This document shows positions 25,762 to 35,662 of a stretch of DNA of 53,032 nt, piece after piece. The notes under the pieces were generated by a model. That model worked only from the letters and a program-made list of their open reading frames with translations. It was not told the DNA's origin and did no database searches. The DNA comes from a virus (lineage: Duplodnaviria > Heunggongvirae > Uroviricota > Caudoviricetes): the IMG/VR virus record IMGVR_UViG_2541047822_000003; one strand, written 5' to 3'. The translations under genes and the position numbers were made by a program. Each line of letters begins with the position of its first letter. Position 1 is the first letter of the stretch.

Positions 25762-26686
25762 TGATTTTTGCGCCTTTATTCTGACTCACGGGCGACCGGA
25801 CAAAGTTCTGACTTACCGGACGTTGCGTCGTGCTGGCTATACCGGGAAAATTTTTATCGTTGTTGATGATGAAGATAAGACACGGAATCAGTACATGGCT
25901 GAATTTGGTGAACAGGTGCTGGTGTTTTCCAAAGCCGATATCGCCAGTCGTTTTGACGAAGCCGATAATTTCTGTGACCGCCGCTCAATTTTTTACGCCC
26001 GTAATGCCTGTTTCGACCTGGCAAAACTGGTCGGGTGTAAATACTTCATTCAGCTCGATGATGATTATCACGAGTTCCAGTTTCGGGTGGATCGCAACTA
26101 TGACCAGGCCTATTTTCCGATAAGGAAACTGGATGCGATCCTTTCTGAAATGCTGGCGTACTACGAATCAATACCTGCTCTTTCCATCGCTATGTCGCAG
26201 GGCGGGGATTTTCTTGGTGACAATGGCGGCCATGCTTCGTGGGTGAAACGCAAGGCAATGAACAGCTTTATCTGTTCGGTTGATCGACCGTTCTCATTCA
26301 TGGGGCGCATTAACGAGGATGTGAATACGTACACGAATCTCGGTCGCTGTGGTGAATTGTTTATGACGATCGGTGCTGTCCAGTTAGGGCAGAAACAGAC
26401 GCAGAAAAACAGCGGCGGAATGACCGAGCTGTATCTGGATTCCGGAACCTACGTTAAAAGTTTTTACTCCGTCATGTATGCGCCGTCGTGCGTAAAAATC
26501 TCACTGATGGGTGCCAGCCATAAACGCATTCACCATCAGGTCACCTGGAACAACGCTGCAGTAAAAATCCTTCACGAAAAATACAGGAAGAAGACACCCT
26601 GCATATCAATGGGGGTGACAAATGATTCCGTATTCGAAAGTCGAGTCTCTGGCAGCGTGCCGGATGACTGCACAACAAATCGCTGA
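25754..26686 (+). CDS. Hypothetical protein with GT-A glycosyltransferase-like motif pattern
   Basis: ORF 25733-26686; start at ATG 25754 (GAGGAGG upstream). Pattern beta1 FILTHGRPD, beta2 KIFIVVDDEDK, then QLDDDY resembles a GT-A Rossmann-like nucleotide-sugar transferase core with DxD motif. Inference. Confidence 0.55.
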   Translation: MRDDFCAFILTHGRPDKVLTYRTLRRAGYTGKIFIVVDDEDKTRNQYMAEFGEQVLVFSKADIASRFDEADNFCDRRSIFYARNACFDLAKLVGCKYFIQLDDDYHEFQFRVDRNYDQAYFPIRKLDAILSEMLAYYESIPALSIAMSQGGDFLGDNGGHASWVKRKAMNSFICSVDRPFSFMGRINEDVNTYTNLGRCGELFMTIGAVQLGQKQTQKNSGGMTELYLDSGTYVKSFYSVMYAPSCVKISLMGASHKRIHHQVTWNNAAVKILHEKYRKKTPCISMGVTNDSVFESRVSGSVPDDCTTNR

Positions 26687-26873
26687 CGTTCTGGATGTTG
26701 ATCTGAACCGACTGAAAGAAAATCGGGAAGCAATGACAGATTTTTATGCGGCCATCCGTAAGGGCAGAGCGAAAGGTGAAGCCGAGTTACGAGCGGCATT
26801 GTTTAAGCTTGCCAGAAAAGGGGATGCCTTTGCTCTGCGCGAACTACTCAGGGTGGATAAAAATCAGGACTAA
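26622..26873 (+). CDS. Small hypothetical protein upstream of terminase
   Basis: 83-aa ORF overlapping the 3' end of the preceding gene; basic and helical; could be spurious. Confidence 0.35.
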   Translation: MIPYSKVESLAACRMTAQQIADVLDVDLNRLKENREAMTDFYAAIRKGRAKGEAELRAALFKLARKGDAFALRELLRVDKNQD

Positions 26874-26876
26874 CTG

Positions 26877-27971
26877 ATGAGCAGACCGGACTGGGGGGCG
26901 TTGCAGCAGGAGTATATTGCTGAATACACCCGCTCCGGTATATCTCCGGTGGCATGGTGTGAAGCAAGGGGACTGAATTACGCAACAGCCCGTCGTTACA
27001 TCAAAAAAACTCCGAAAAATGCGCAGACAGAAATGTGCAAAACTGCGCAAAAAAGTGCGCAGAAAAAATCTGCGCAGACTGCACAAAAGCGGAACGAAAA
27101 ATCTCAGGAAAAAAAGCCAGTATTCGATGCGGGCCTGAATGAGGGCGACGCGGAGGAATTTTCGTTCTGTCCCGATGAATTCGGCATTTCTGACCAGCAG
27201 GCTAAGTTTGCGATGCTTGTTGCTCAGGGTAAAAAGCCGACAGAGGCGTACCGACTAGCCGGTTATGAGGGGCAAGGTGCGACAGCTAACAGCAACGCCA
27301 GTCGTATGCTTAGAAATGCCAGGGTTTTTCGCGCTATCAGCTACTTCCGCAATCAGTACCAGAAACGCTATACCGCAGACCTGGATTTACTAGTGAGTCA
27401 GTTGATGGCTATTGTCCTGGCCGACCCCAATCAGCTTGCACAATTTCGCCGTGTTAACTGCCGTTATTGCTGGGGCGAGAATCATCTCTACCAGTGGCGC
27501 GATATAGCAGAATTCGACAAGGCAGCGGCGCAGGCTTCCAGAGATGGCAAACCCGAACCGGAATATGGAGGCCTCGGCTTTGTTGATAACGCCATACCCA
27601 ATCCGGACTGCCCGAAGTGCTGCGGTGAGGGAACGGGACAGCTTTATATGGCTGATACCACTCTGCTTGATGGGGATGCGCGGCAATTATATGCAGGGGC
27701 AAAATTCGGAAAATTCGGCGTTGAGATCCTGCTGGAGGATAAGGCTGCCGCCCGGCGTGAATTGTTGCGTTTGTTTTCTGCTGGCGGGGCTTTATGTGCA
27801 GATAAACGGCTACAGGAACTGGAAATTGAACGGCGCAGAATGGAAAACCAGAAGCTGCGCAAAGAGATCGAAACGGTGGAAGATAATGAACATCCCCAGC
27901 CTGTGGCGATCAATATTAATGTGGTTGATGCCAGAGTAAGGAGTGATGAAGATGATCTCTCCGACGCTTAA
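26877..27971 (+). CDS. Terminase small subunit (N-terminal HTH)
   Basis: 364 aa; N-terminus with HTH-like segment (GISPVAWCEARGLNYATARRYIKK); immediately upstream of the large subunit. Confidence 0.7.
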   Translation: MSRPDWGALQQEYIAEYTRSGISPVAWCEARGLNYATARRYIKKTPKNAQTEMCKTAQKSAQKKSAQTAQKRNEKSQEKKPVFDAGLNEGDAEEFSFCPDEFGISDQQAKFAMLVAQGKKPTEAYRLAGYEGQGATANSNASRMLRNARVFRAISYFRNQYQKRYTADLDLLVSQLMAIVLADPNQLAQFRRVNCRYCWGENHLYQWRDIAEFDKAAAQASRDGKPEPEYGGLGFVDNAIPNPDCPKCCGEGTGQLYMADTTLLDGDARQLYAGAKFGKFGVEILLEDKAAARRELLRLFSAGGALCADKRLQELEIERRRMENQKLRKEIETVEDNEHPQPVAININVVDARVRSDEDDLSDA

Positions 27972-29253
27972 TGTGCCTCAGGCGCGATTTCTTTCAATGC
28001 CCCATAAATTTAAAGCCTATATTGCTGGTTTTGGCTCGGGCAAAACATGGGTTGGGTGTGGCGGCATATGCAAGGGGATTTGGGAGCATCCAGGTATAAA
28101 TCAGGGATATTTTGCGCCAACGTATCCCCAAATTCGCGATATTTTTTACCCTACAGTGGAAGAAGTTGCTGCTGACTGGGGATTGAACGTAAAAATTAAT
28201 GAGGGAAATAAAGAGGTTCACTTTTATTACGGACGCCAGTATCGGGGAACCACTATCTGCAGATCGATGGAGAAGCCACAAACGATCGTCGGTTTCAAAA
28301 TTGGTAATGCGTTGGTGGATGAACTGGACATTTTGCCGAAGGAAAAAGCCAGAACGGCGTGGCGCAAGATAATTGCACGTATGCGTTATAAGATTGATGG
28401 ACTTCGCAACGGTATTGACGTTACAACCACGCCGGAAGGATTCAAATTTGTCTACGAGCAGTTTGTTAAAGCCGTGCGTGAAAAAACAGAGCTGGCCTCA
28501 CTGTATGGTCTGGTGCAGGCATCTACTTTCGATAATGAAAAGAACCTGCCAGCAGATTACATTCCTTCGCTTCTTGAATCATACCCTCCAGAGCTGATTA
28601 AAGCCTATCTTCGAGGACAGTTTACTAACCTGACAAGTGGTACTGTTTACCATCAGTTTGACCGGAAACTGAATAATTGCGAAGAAGTGGAGCAGCCAGG
28701 GGAGCCGATTTATATTGGGATGGATTTTAACGTTGGAAAGATGGCGGGAATCGTCCATGTGCTGCGTTTGGGGCTTCCATGTGCGGTAACTGAAATCATC
28801 AATGCCTACGATACGCCGGATATGATCCGCATCATTAAAGAACGCTTCTGGCTGTATGATGGGAATGATTACCGGAAAGTGAGGGAAATTTATATTTATC
28901 CAGATGCTTCCGGGGATTCCAGAAAATCAAGTAACGCAAGTACGACGGATATAGCCCAGCTTAAGCAGGCTGGTTTTAACGTTGTGGTGAACAGCTCGAA
29001 CCCGCCAGTAAAAGATCGCGTTAACTCAATGAATGCAATGTTCTGCAATGCCAATGGTGAGCGTCGCTATAAAGTTAATGTGAAGCGTTGCCCGTTATAT
29101 GCCGAATCTCTGGAGCAACAGGTCTGGGATGAGAAGGGGGAGCCTGATAAAAAATCTGGCAATGATCACCCGAATGATGCCGGAGGTTATTTCATCGTTA
29201 AGCAATTCCCTATTGTCAAACCGACCGGAAGAGTCACATCACTTCGGATTTAA
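27943..29253 (+). CDS. Terminase large subunit
   Basis: 436 aa; Walker A-like GFGSGKT near the N-terminus; followed by the portal gene. Confidence 0.8.
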   Translation: MMKMISPTLNVPQARFLSMPHKFKAYIAGFGSGKTWVGCGGICKGIWEHPGINQGYFAPTYPQIRDIFYPTVEEVAADWGLNVKINEGNKEVHFYYGRQYRGTTICRSMEKPQTIVGFKIGNALVDELDILPKEKARTAWRKIIARMRYKIDGLRNGIDVTTTPEGFKFVYEQFVKAVREKTELASLYGLVQASTFDNEKNLPADYIPSLLESYPPELIKAYLRGQFTNLTSGTVYHQFDRKLNNCEEVEQPGEPIYIGMDFNVGKMAGIVHVLRLGLPCAVTEIINAYDTPDMIRIIKERFWLYDGNDYRKVREIYIYPDASGDSRKSSNASTTDIAQLKQAGFNVVVNSSNPPVKDRVNSMNAMFCNANGERRYKVNVKRCPLYAESLEQQVWDEKGEPDKKSGNDHPNDAGGYFIVKQFPIVKPTGRVTSLRI

Positions 29254-29255
29254 TT

Positions 29256-30662
29256 ATGGCTGATATATCAACACCCAACCTCGACTATAACGATATGCTG
29301 GAGGCGTGGGATATTAACGACGCACTGATGGGCGGTACGCTTGAAATGCGCAGGCAGGGGGAAAATTATCTCCCAAAATGGCCTAACGAAGATGAAGACG
29401 CTTATAAAAAACGCCTGTCTGTGGCTACGCTACTTCCTGTGTATGAAGAAAGCATCAAGCAAAATATTGGGCGCATATTTGCAGAGCCGACAGTATTGAG
29501 TGAGGAAACGCCGGCAAAAATCAGGGAATATGCAGAAAATATCGACATGGAGGGGAGCCGACTGGATGTGTGGGCGCAGCAATTTTTCAGCCTCGCATTT
29601 CAGTATGGTGTGGCACATGCGCTGGTGGACTATCCACGAACGGATATGAAAGAGATTCGGACAAAAGCCGATGAAAACGCGACCGGTGGTCGTCCGTACG
29701 TTACGATGCTGAATCCACGCCAGGTTATTGGATGGAAATCGAAAGTTGAAAAAGGGAAAGTTGTTCTCACTGATTTGCGTATAAAAGAGATCATCATTAT
29801 TGATGGTGATGATTTCGGGCAGAAGAAGGTGGAGCAGATCCGCCATATTATGCCCCGTCGAGTTGAAATTTATCGACGTAGCGAAGGCACTAATGGCGAA
29901 TCTGTCTGGACGCTTCATGAGTCATGGAATACCAGCCGTGATGATATTCCTCTGGTAACACTGTACACGAAGAAAACAGGATTTATGCGTGGTACACCGC
30001 CATTGCTTAATCTTGGCTTGCTGAATATCAAGCACTGGCAAAGCCAGAGCGAGCAGGACAATATTCTTCATGTTGCCCGCGTTCCATTGCTGGTGGCCTA
30101 CGGGCTGGACAGGAATGAAGAACTGACGGTTGGTGCATCCACCGCTACGATTTTTGAGGACAGAACAAAAAATGGCCTCGAATATGTTGAACATAGTGGC
30201 GCAGCGATAGAATCTGGCGAAACATCACTTGAGAAGCTGGAAAATCAGATGCGTCATGCCGGCGCTAAACTTCTGCGTGCTGAAAATACATCCACCAAAT
30301 CTGTTGATCAGACTAATGAAGAGCGAATGCAGGAAAACTCGCCGCTTTATACAATGGCGAACTCCCTCGAAGATGCCCTCGATAATATTCTCCAGATAAT
30401 GGCGGAATGGATCGGAGAGAGTTGCGGTGGCAATGTGGATGTGCGCACTGAACTGGATGTATCTGCCCAGGTGTTTGACTCATCCTCCGCGCTGGCTGTT
30501 CAGTCATTGCGTCAGGGCGGTGATATACGTCAGATTGATGCGGTTCGGGTGTTGCAGGCGTTGAAATTTATCGATCAGGATTCCCGTCCAGAGGAAGTGA
30601 TCGATGAATTAAAAAATCAGAGTGTAATGCTGATGGAAATCAATGATGCAAACCGTGAATGA
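29256..30662 (+). CDS. Portal protein
   Basis: 468 aa; position between terminase and head-morphogenesis genes; acidic C-terminus typical of portals. Confidence 0.75.
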   Translation: MADISTPNLDYNDMLEAWDINDALMGGTLEMRRQGENYLPKWPNEDEDAYKKRLSVATLLPVYEESIKQNIGRIFAEPTVLSEETPAKIREYAENIDMEGSRLDVWAQQFFSLAFQYGVAHALVDYPRTDMKEIRTKADENATGGRPYVTMLNPRQVIGWKSKVEKGKVVLTDLRIKEIIIIDGDDFGQKKVEQIRHIMPRRVEIYRRSEGTNGESVWTLHESWNTSRDDIPLVTLYTKKTGFMRGTPPLLNLGLLNIKHWQSQSEQDNILHVARVPLLVAYGLDRNEELTVGASTATIFEDRTKNGLEYVEHSGAAIESGETSLEKLENQMRHAGAKLLRAENTSTKSVDQTNEERMQENSPLYTMANSLEDALDNILQIMAEWIGESCGGNVDVRTELDVSAQVFDSSSALAVQSLRQGGDIRQIDAVRVLQALKFIDQDSRPEEVIDELKNQSVMLMEINDANRE

Positions 30663-31758
30663 ACGGCTGCGTGATGAATCAATTGCTCATGCAGTCTGGA
30701 TATCCCGCTATAGCACTGGCGTGGCTGCCAGAATGGTGAAAATACTGAATGACAGCGATGCGGAACTTACTGCTCGCCTGCTGATAGCACTGGACAGCCT
30801 CGATCCAGGTAGTTTTACCGTTAAGCGCCTGGAGTCACTTCTGGCGAGCGTCAGAGAGGTTAACCGCACTGCTATTAACAGCATGTTTACCAGTCTCTCC
30901 GGAGAGCTGAACGAGCTGGCAATTTATGAGGCTGGTTATCAGTTAAGTCTGTTTGATTCTATGCTACCTGATTTTGTTGCTGATGTTCACCCTCTGGTTG
31001 GTATCTCTCCTGATGCACTTTATGCCGCTGCAATGGCGCGACCATTCCAGGGACGACTGCTCAGTGAGTGGGCCTCAGATCTTGAGGCGGATCGGCTCAG
31101 ACGCATAACAAATACAGTGCGTCAGGGTTTTTTGCTGGGGGATACCAATGAGCAGATCGCAAGAAAAATTCGGGGACATGTCAGTAAGGGATTTCAGGAT
31201 GGTGCATTGCAGATGAGCCGGGCTAATGCGGCCAGCATTGCAAAAACAGCGGTTGGACATCTTGCTGCTACTGCCCGTGAGAGTTTTGCCAGCGCGAATA
31301 ATGATTTGATTAAGGGTAAGCAATGGTTATCAACGCTTGATAATCGTACTACGCCACAATGTCGAATCAGGGATCGCCTCAAATATACGCTGAATAATAA
31401 ACCTGTAGGTCACAGCGTGCCTTATTTGCAGGGGCCGGGAAAAATTCATTTCTGCTGCCGCTCAACGGAAACGTTCATTCTGAAATCAGCGAAGGAACTG
31501 GGTATTGATGTTCGCGATATTTCCCCGGCTGAGCGGGCCAGCATGGATGGCGTGGTGGCCGGAGATACAACCTACAGGGAATGGTTTTTGCGTCAGCCTT
31601 ACACCAGACAAAAACAGATTGTGGGGGAAACCCGAGCAAAGCTGATTCGGGATGGTGGTATGTCGCCAGATGAATTTTACACCGATAAAGGCGAATGGCT
31701 GACGCTGAAGCAGCTCCGTGAGCGTGATGCACAGGTATTCAGAAAAGCAGGGATTTAA
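30643..31758 (+). CDS. Head morphogenesis / minor head protein (Mu F / SPP1 gp7-like)
   Basis: 371 aa; follows the portal gene; assignment by position and general similarity. Confidence 0.6.
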   Translation: MMQTVNERLRDESIAHAVWISRYSTGVAARMVKILNDSDAELTARLLIALDSLDPGSFTVKRLESLLASVREVNRTAINSMFTSLSGELNELAIYEAGYQLSLFDSMLPDFVADVHPLVGISPDALYAAAMARPFQGRLLSEWASDLEADRLRRITNTVRQGFLLGDTNEQIARKIRGHVSKGFQDGALQMSRANAASIAKTAVGHLAATARESFASANNDLIKGKQWLSTLDNRTTPQCRIRDRLKYTLNNKPVGHSVPYLQGPGKIHFCCRSTETFILKSAKELGIDVRDISPAERASMDGVVAGDTTYREWFLRQPYTRQKQIVGETRAKLIRDGGMSPDEFYTDKGEWLTLKQLRERDAQVFRKAGI

Positions 31759-31777
31759 ATAAATCATTTATTACAAC

Positions 31778-31802
31778 AGGCTACCTTCGGGTGGCCTTTT
31801 TT
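31778..31802 (+). terminator. Rho-independent terminator
   Basis: AGGCTACC-ttcg-GGTGGCCT followed by TTTTTT, downstream of the head-morphogenesis gene. Confidence 0.7.
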
Positions 31803-31862
31803 ATTGCTGCGATCCGGATGGTGAGCAGCGTAACTGTCGGAAGACTTAAACCAGGTACTAAT

Positions 31863-32627
31863 ATGAAACTGAAAACGGTCGAGATTAACGGAAAACAATA
31901 CGCAGAAATTGATACTGCTGGCCTGCCAGTTTATGTGCACGACGATGGTAAAGAAATTGGCTTCGATGCACCGCTGGCGACAAAAAAAATTACAGAGCTT
32001 AATGGCGAGGCAAAAAATCATCGCCTGGCTAAAGAAGCTGCAGAGGAAAAACTGGCTAAGTTTGCCGCTATCGAAGACCCGAAGAAGGCGATCGAGGCAC
32101 TGGAAATGCTGTCAAAAATCGACCAGAAAAAGCTGCTCGATGCGGGACAGGTTGACCAGGTTAAGGCAGAAATTACGAAAAATTTTCAGCAGCAATTAGA
32201 TGAAGAAAAGCAACGCTCTCAGATGCTGGAGAAGCAGCTTTACGATTCTATGATTGGCGGTAGTTTTGCGGGTTCAAAATATATTGCCGATAAAATTGCA
32301 ATCCCGGCAGATTTATTACAAGCCCGCTTCGGGCAGGCATTCAAAGTGGAAGAAGGGAGGATCGTTGCTTATGACGCTTCCGACAACAAAATTTATTCCC
32401 GCGCGAAGCCTGGCGAACTGGCGCAGTTTGATGAGGCGCTGGAGTTCCTTGTCGAAAATTACCCTCAGAAAGACTACATCCTGAAAGCCAGTGGCAACAA
32501 TGGCGGCGGCTCCCGTCCGACACAGCATGATATTGGTCAGAAAACGATGAAACGCTCTGCTTTTGATGCACTGGATGTTGCAGGTAAGCAAAACGCATTG
32601 AAAGACGGTATCACAATCGTTGATTAA
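31863..32627 (+). CDS. Head scaffolding protein
   Basis: ORF 31791-32627; start preferred at MKLKTVEINGKQ (ATG 31863), beyond the terminator; helical, charged, immediately upstream of the capsid gene. Confidence 0.65.
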   Translation: MKLKTVEINGKQYAEIDTAGLPVYVHDDGKEIGFDAPLATKKITELNGEAKNHRLAKEAAEEKLAKFAAIEDPKKAIEALEMLSKIDQKKLLDAGQVDQVKAEITKNFQQQLDEEKQRSQMLEKQLYDSMIGGSFAGSKYIADKIAIPADLLQARFGQAFKVEEGRIVAYDASDNKIYSRAKPGELAQFDEALEFLVENYPQKDYILKASGNNGGGSRPTQHDIGQKTMKRSAFDALDVAGKQNALKDGITIVD

Positions 32628-32725
32628 CACATTTGTCAGCTTCCGGATGGGAGCTGGTGTCAGGGCTGGATAGCTCATTACTCCATCTATTCACAATTAC
32701 GCAAATTTTTAAGGAATATTTAATT

Positions 32726-33865
32726 ATGGCTGGAAATACCCTGACCGGGTTGATCCCGACTATTTATACCGCCCTGGATGTTGTATCCCGTGAGCAGGTA
32801 GGTTTTATCCCTGCGGTAGCAAAAAACGCAAAAGCTGACGCCGCAGCAAAAGATCAGACGGTAACCGCGCCAGTTGCGCCTGAGGCGAAAACCGAAGATA
32901 TCGTACCGGGGCCGTCAGCTCCGAATACCGGTGATCAAAATATTGGCACTGTTGATGTAAAAATTACTAAATCCAAAATGGCACCGGTTAAATGGAATGG
33001 TGAAGAACAACTGGCTCTTGGCCCTTCAGGGACTTACAACACCATTCTGGCTGATCAGTTCAAGCAGGCTTTTCGCGCCCTTGCAAACGAGGTTGAGGCT
33101 GATCTTGGTGCGTTGTATTTCGGTGCTTCCCGCGCCGTGGGAACCGCGGGGACAACGCCGTTTGGTGTTAAAGATGATCTTTCTGATGCTGCTCTGGCTC
33201 GTCAGGTTCTGGAGGATAACGGCGCACCGACAACCGATCTGCAGATGGTGCTTGGCTCCACTGCCATTGCTAATTTGCGCGGAAAACAGTCTGTATTGTT
33301 TAAAGTGAATGAATCCGGCACTGAACAGCTACTGCGTGAGGGCGTGTTGGGGCGTCTGGAGGGATTCAATATTCACAGTTCGGCAGGTGTGAAACGAGCG
33401 TCAAAGGTTGCTGCAACTGGTTATCTCGTGAATGGAGAGAAAAAAGAAGGCGATGTTCTTATTTCCATTGATACTGGTTCGGGGAGTATTTCTGCAGGTC
33501 AGATTGTTACGTTCGCTGGTGATCCGAATCAGTATGTTGTGGCAGCAGCGACCAGCAATCTGATTACTCTTGCAGCGCCCGGACTGCGTCAGGATCTGGC
33601 CGATGATACTGCCATCACAGTTGTTGGGGCCTTTACTGCAAATATGGCGTTTGATCGCAACGCGTTTCTGCTGGCATCCCGTACTCCGGCAATGCCGGAA
33701 GGTGGCGATAATGCTGATGATGTAATGAATGTTACGGACCCGATTTCAGGGATTACGTTCCAGATTGCACTGTATCGTCAGTATCGCCAGGTGCGCTATG
33801 AAGTTGGACTGGCATGGGGTGTTTCATCAGTGAAGCCGGCACATGGTTGTCTGATTCTTGGTTAA
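32726..33865 (+). CDS. Major capsid protein
   Basis: ORF 32633-33865; start at MAGNTLTGLIP (ATG 32726, AAGGA RBS); ~380 aa; followed by a strong terminator. Confidence 0.75.
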   Translation: MAGNTLTGLIPTIYTALDVVSREQVGFIPAVAKNAKADAAAKDQTVTAPVAPEAKTEDIVPGPSAPNTGDQNIGTVDVKITKSKMAPVKWNGEEQLALGPSGTYNTILADQFKQAFRALANEVEADLGALYFGASRAVGTAGTTPFGVKDDLSDAALARQVLEDNGAPTTDLQMVLGSTAIANLRGKQSVLFKVNESGTEQLLREGVLGRLEGFNIHSSAGVKRASKVAATGYLVNGEKKEGDVLISIDTGSGSISAGQIVTFAGDPNQYVVAAATSNLITLAAPGLRQDLADDTAITVVGAFTANMAFDRNAFLLASRTPAMPEGGDNADDVMNVTDPISGITFQIALYRQYRQVRYEVGLAWGVSSVKPAHGCLILG

Positions 33866-33875
33866 ACATTCAAAC

Positions 33876-33896
33876 GGGGCTTCGGCCCCATTTTTA
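33876..33896 (+). terminator. Rho-independent terminator after the capsid gene
   Basis: GGGGC-ttcg-GCCCC followed by ATTTTTA. Confidence 0.75.
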
Positions 33897-33907
33897 ATGG
33901 GGGGCAT

Positions 33908-34084
33908 ATGGCCGGATTAACTAAAGAGCAAAGAGCACAGCGTGAAGCCGCACAAAAAACGCAAATTGAGTTAGTGGTTATGGTGACCGATTATCAGATG
34001 TTTCCCGGCGCACCAACTATCGCTAATGTTCATCCTGATGAAGTTGACAACTGGAAGGCTATGGGCTGGAAAACTCAGGAGTAA
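33908..34084 (+). CDS. Small head-associated protein (58 aa)
   Basis: Hand-translated: MAGLTKEQRAQREAAQKTQIELVVMVTDYQMFPGAPTIANVHPDEVDNWKAMGWKTQE; below the track threshold; tightly packed before the connector gene. Confidence 0.5.
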   Translation: MAGLTKEQRAQREAAQKTQIELVVMVTDYQMFPGAPTIANVHPDEVDNWKAMGWKTQE

Positions 34085-34087
34085 CAC

Positions 34088-34483
34088 ATGATCACTTACG
34101 TGACCTGTGATGACGTTGATAATGCGTTTGGGAACGCCTGGACGAGTGAGAACGCTAAAAATAAAGCTGTTTTAATGGCTAATGCCTGGCTTAATGGCTT
34201 CAACCTGAAAATTAACCCATCCCGTATTCCGGAAGAGGTAAAACTTGCGGGAGCATATGCAGCCAGAATTGCCTCATTCGGTAAGTTGTTTCAGCAGAAA
34301 AATGATTCTGGCGTTGTTATCAGTAAAGCCGTGTCGGCTGACGGGGTCAGTGTATCGAAATCATTTTCTGAGTTGCCAGCAAACAGCACTGCATTGCTTG
34401 AACCCGATTTACAGCTTGCGATAGCACTGCTGAAACCGTACGGACTTAGTCGCTCACAAGTCAGGGTTGTGAGGGGGGGATAA
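34088..34483 (+). CDS. Head-tail connector protein
   Basis: 131 aa; position and size in the head-tail joining block. Confidence 0.55.
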   Translation: MITYVTCDDVDNAFGNAWTSENAKNKAVLMANAWLNGFNLKINPSRIPEEVKLAGAYAARIASFGKLFQQKNDSGVVISKAVSADGVSVSKSFSELPANSTALLEPDLQLAIALLKPYGLSRSQVRVVRGG

Positions 34484-34866
34484 TGGGGCTTCGTGAAGAG
34501 ATTCAGTCAGAGGTTGCCGCTGCTTTTGATGAGGATTTAGCGGACGCCGTGAGTGATTTTTCTGGTTCTTACGTTACGCACCGGCACTGGGATCCTGTGA
34601 CGGAAACTGGCGGCGAATCCACCGCAATCTATACCGGGCGAGGCGTGTTGACACGTTATAAGCTGGGCAGAATTGATGGGATTAATATTTTGCATGGTGA
34701 CCTTAAATTAACCGCTCTGGTATGCGAGGTTACGGATAAACCAGCTGTCGACCATATTATTGAGATTTATGATCCTGTATCAAGGCAGTTACAACGATAC
34801 GAGGTAATTACAGCAAGTGTAGATCCTTCCGCATCAGTTTACTCTATCCAGTTAAGGAGAGCGTAA
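34483..34866 (+). CDS. Head-tail adaptor / head completion protein
   Basis: 127 aa; start overlaps the upstream stop; synteny-based call. Confidence 0.55.
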   Translation: MGLREEIQSEVAAAFDEDLADAVSDFSGSYVTHRHWDPVTETGGESTAIYTGRGVLTRYKLGRIDGINILHGDLKLTALVCEVTDKPAVDHIIEIYDPVSRQLQRYEVITASVDPSASVYSIQLRRA

Positions 34867-35247
34867 ATGGCAAAGGCATGGGATATAGAACCGTCAATAT
34901 TTGCCGGGATGATTGAGGAAGATGTAGGGCTGAAGATTCGCTACATCGCTATGCAGATTCTTACTGCTATTGATATTGCTGCTCCGGTTGATACCGGACG
35001 TTTCAGAAATAACAACCTGGTGTCGTTACAGCATCCCGATTTTGGTATATCTGATAACGTGGATCCGAACGGTACGATTGCTGTTCAGCGTGGGATCGGG
35101 GTTATTTCGAAAGCTGCAAATTACGGGGTTATTTATATCCAGAATAACCTTCCTTATGCAGAGGCTCTTGAAAACGGTCATTCACAACAAGCGCCAACTG
35201 GCGTGTATGCCAACGCTTTTCATAGTGTTTTACAGGCTTACAAATGA
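34867..35247 (+). CDS. Tail completion protein (HK97 gp10-like)
   Basis: 126 aa; synteny-based call. Confidence 0.5.
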   Translation: MAKAWDIEPSIFAGMIEEDVGLKIRYIAMQILTAIDIAAPVDTGRFRNNNLVSLQHPDFGISDNVDPNGTIAVQRGIGVISKAANYGVIYIQNNLPYAEALENGHSQQAPTGVYANAFHSVLQAYK

Positions 35248-35636
35248 AGTTTACTGAAATCAGAAATACGGTTATTTCCAGAATGACGGCACAGACGATT
35301 ATTGATGGAAAAGACGTATTGTATCCGAACGGGCCAACGTTCGATCCTTCCGGTAAGTTAATCTGGGCGCGGTTAAGTAATATTCCCGGGCAGGCTGGAG
35401 TTAATGAAATTGGCGCGGGGCCGGTTGTTTATCGCACGGGGATAATCATTATTCAGTTATTTGTCCCCGCAGGTTCTGGTTCAAAACTCATTACTGAGAC
35501 AGCCGATAAATTGCGGGAACTGTTTGAGTTTCAGGATGACGATCGTCTCAGTTACCAGGCTGTTTCCTCAATAGCCGTCGGCGAAAAGAATGGCTGGTTC
35601 CAGCTTAATCTTCAAATTCCATATCGCGCGCTCTAG
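35244..35636 (+). CDS. Tail terminator / tail-tube joining protein
   Basis: 130 aa; overlaps the upstream stop (ATGA); synteny-based call. Confidence 0.5.
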   Translation: MKFTEIRNTVISRMTAQTIIDGKDVLYPNGPTFDPSGKLIWARLSNIPGQAGVNEIGAGPVVYRTGIIIIQLFVPAGSGSKLITETADKLRELFEFQDDDRLSYQAVSSIAVGEKNGWFQLNLQIPYRAL

Positions 35637-35662
35637 CGCAATTAATGACATAGGAGGCTCCT

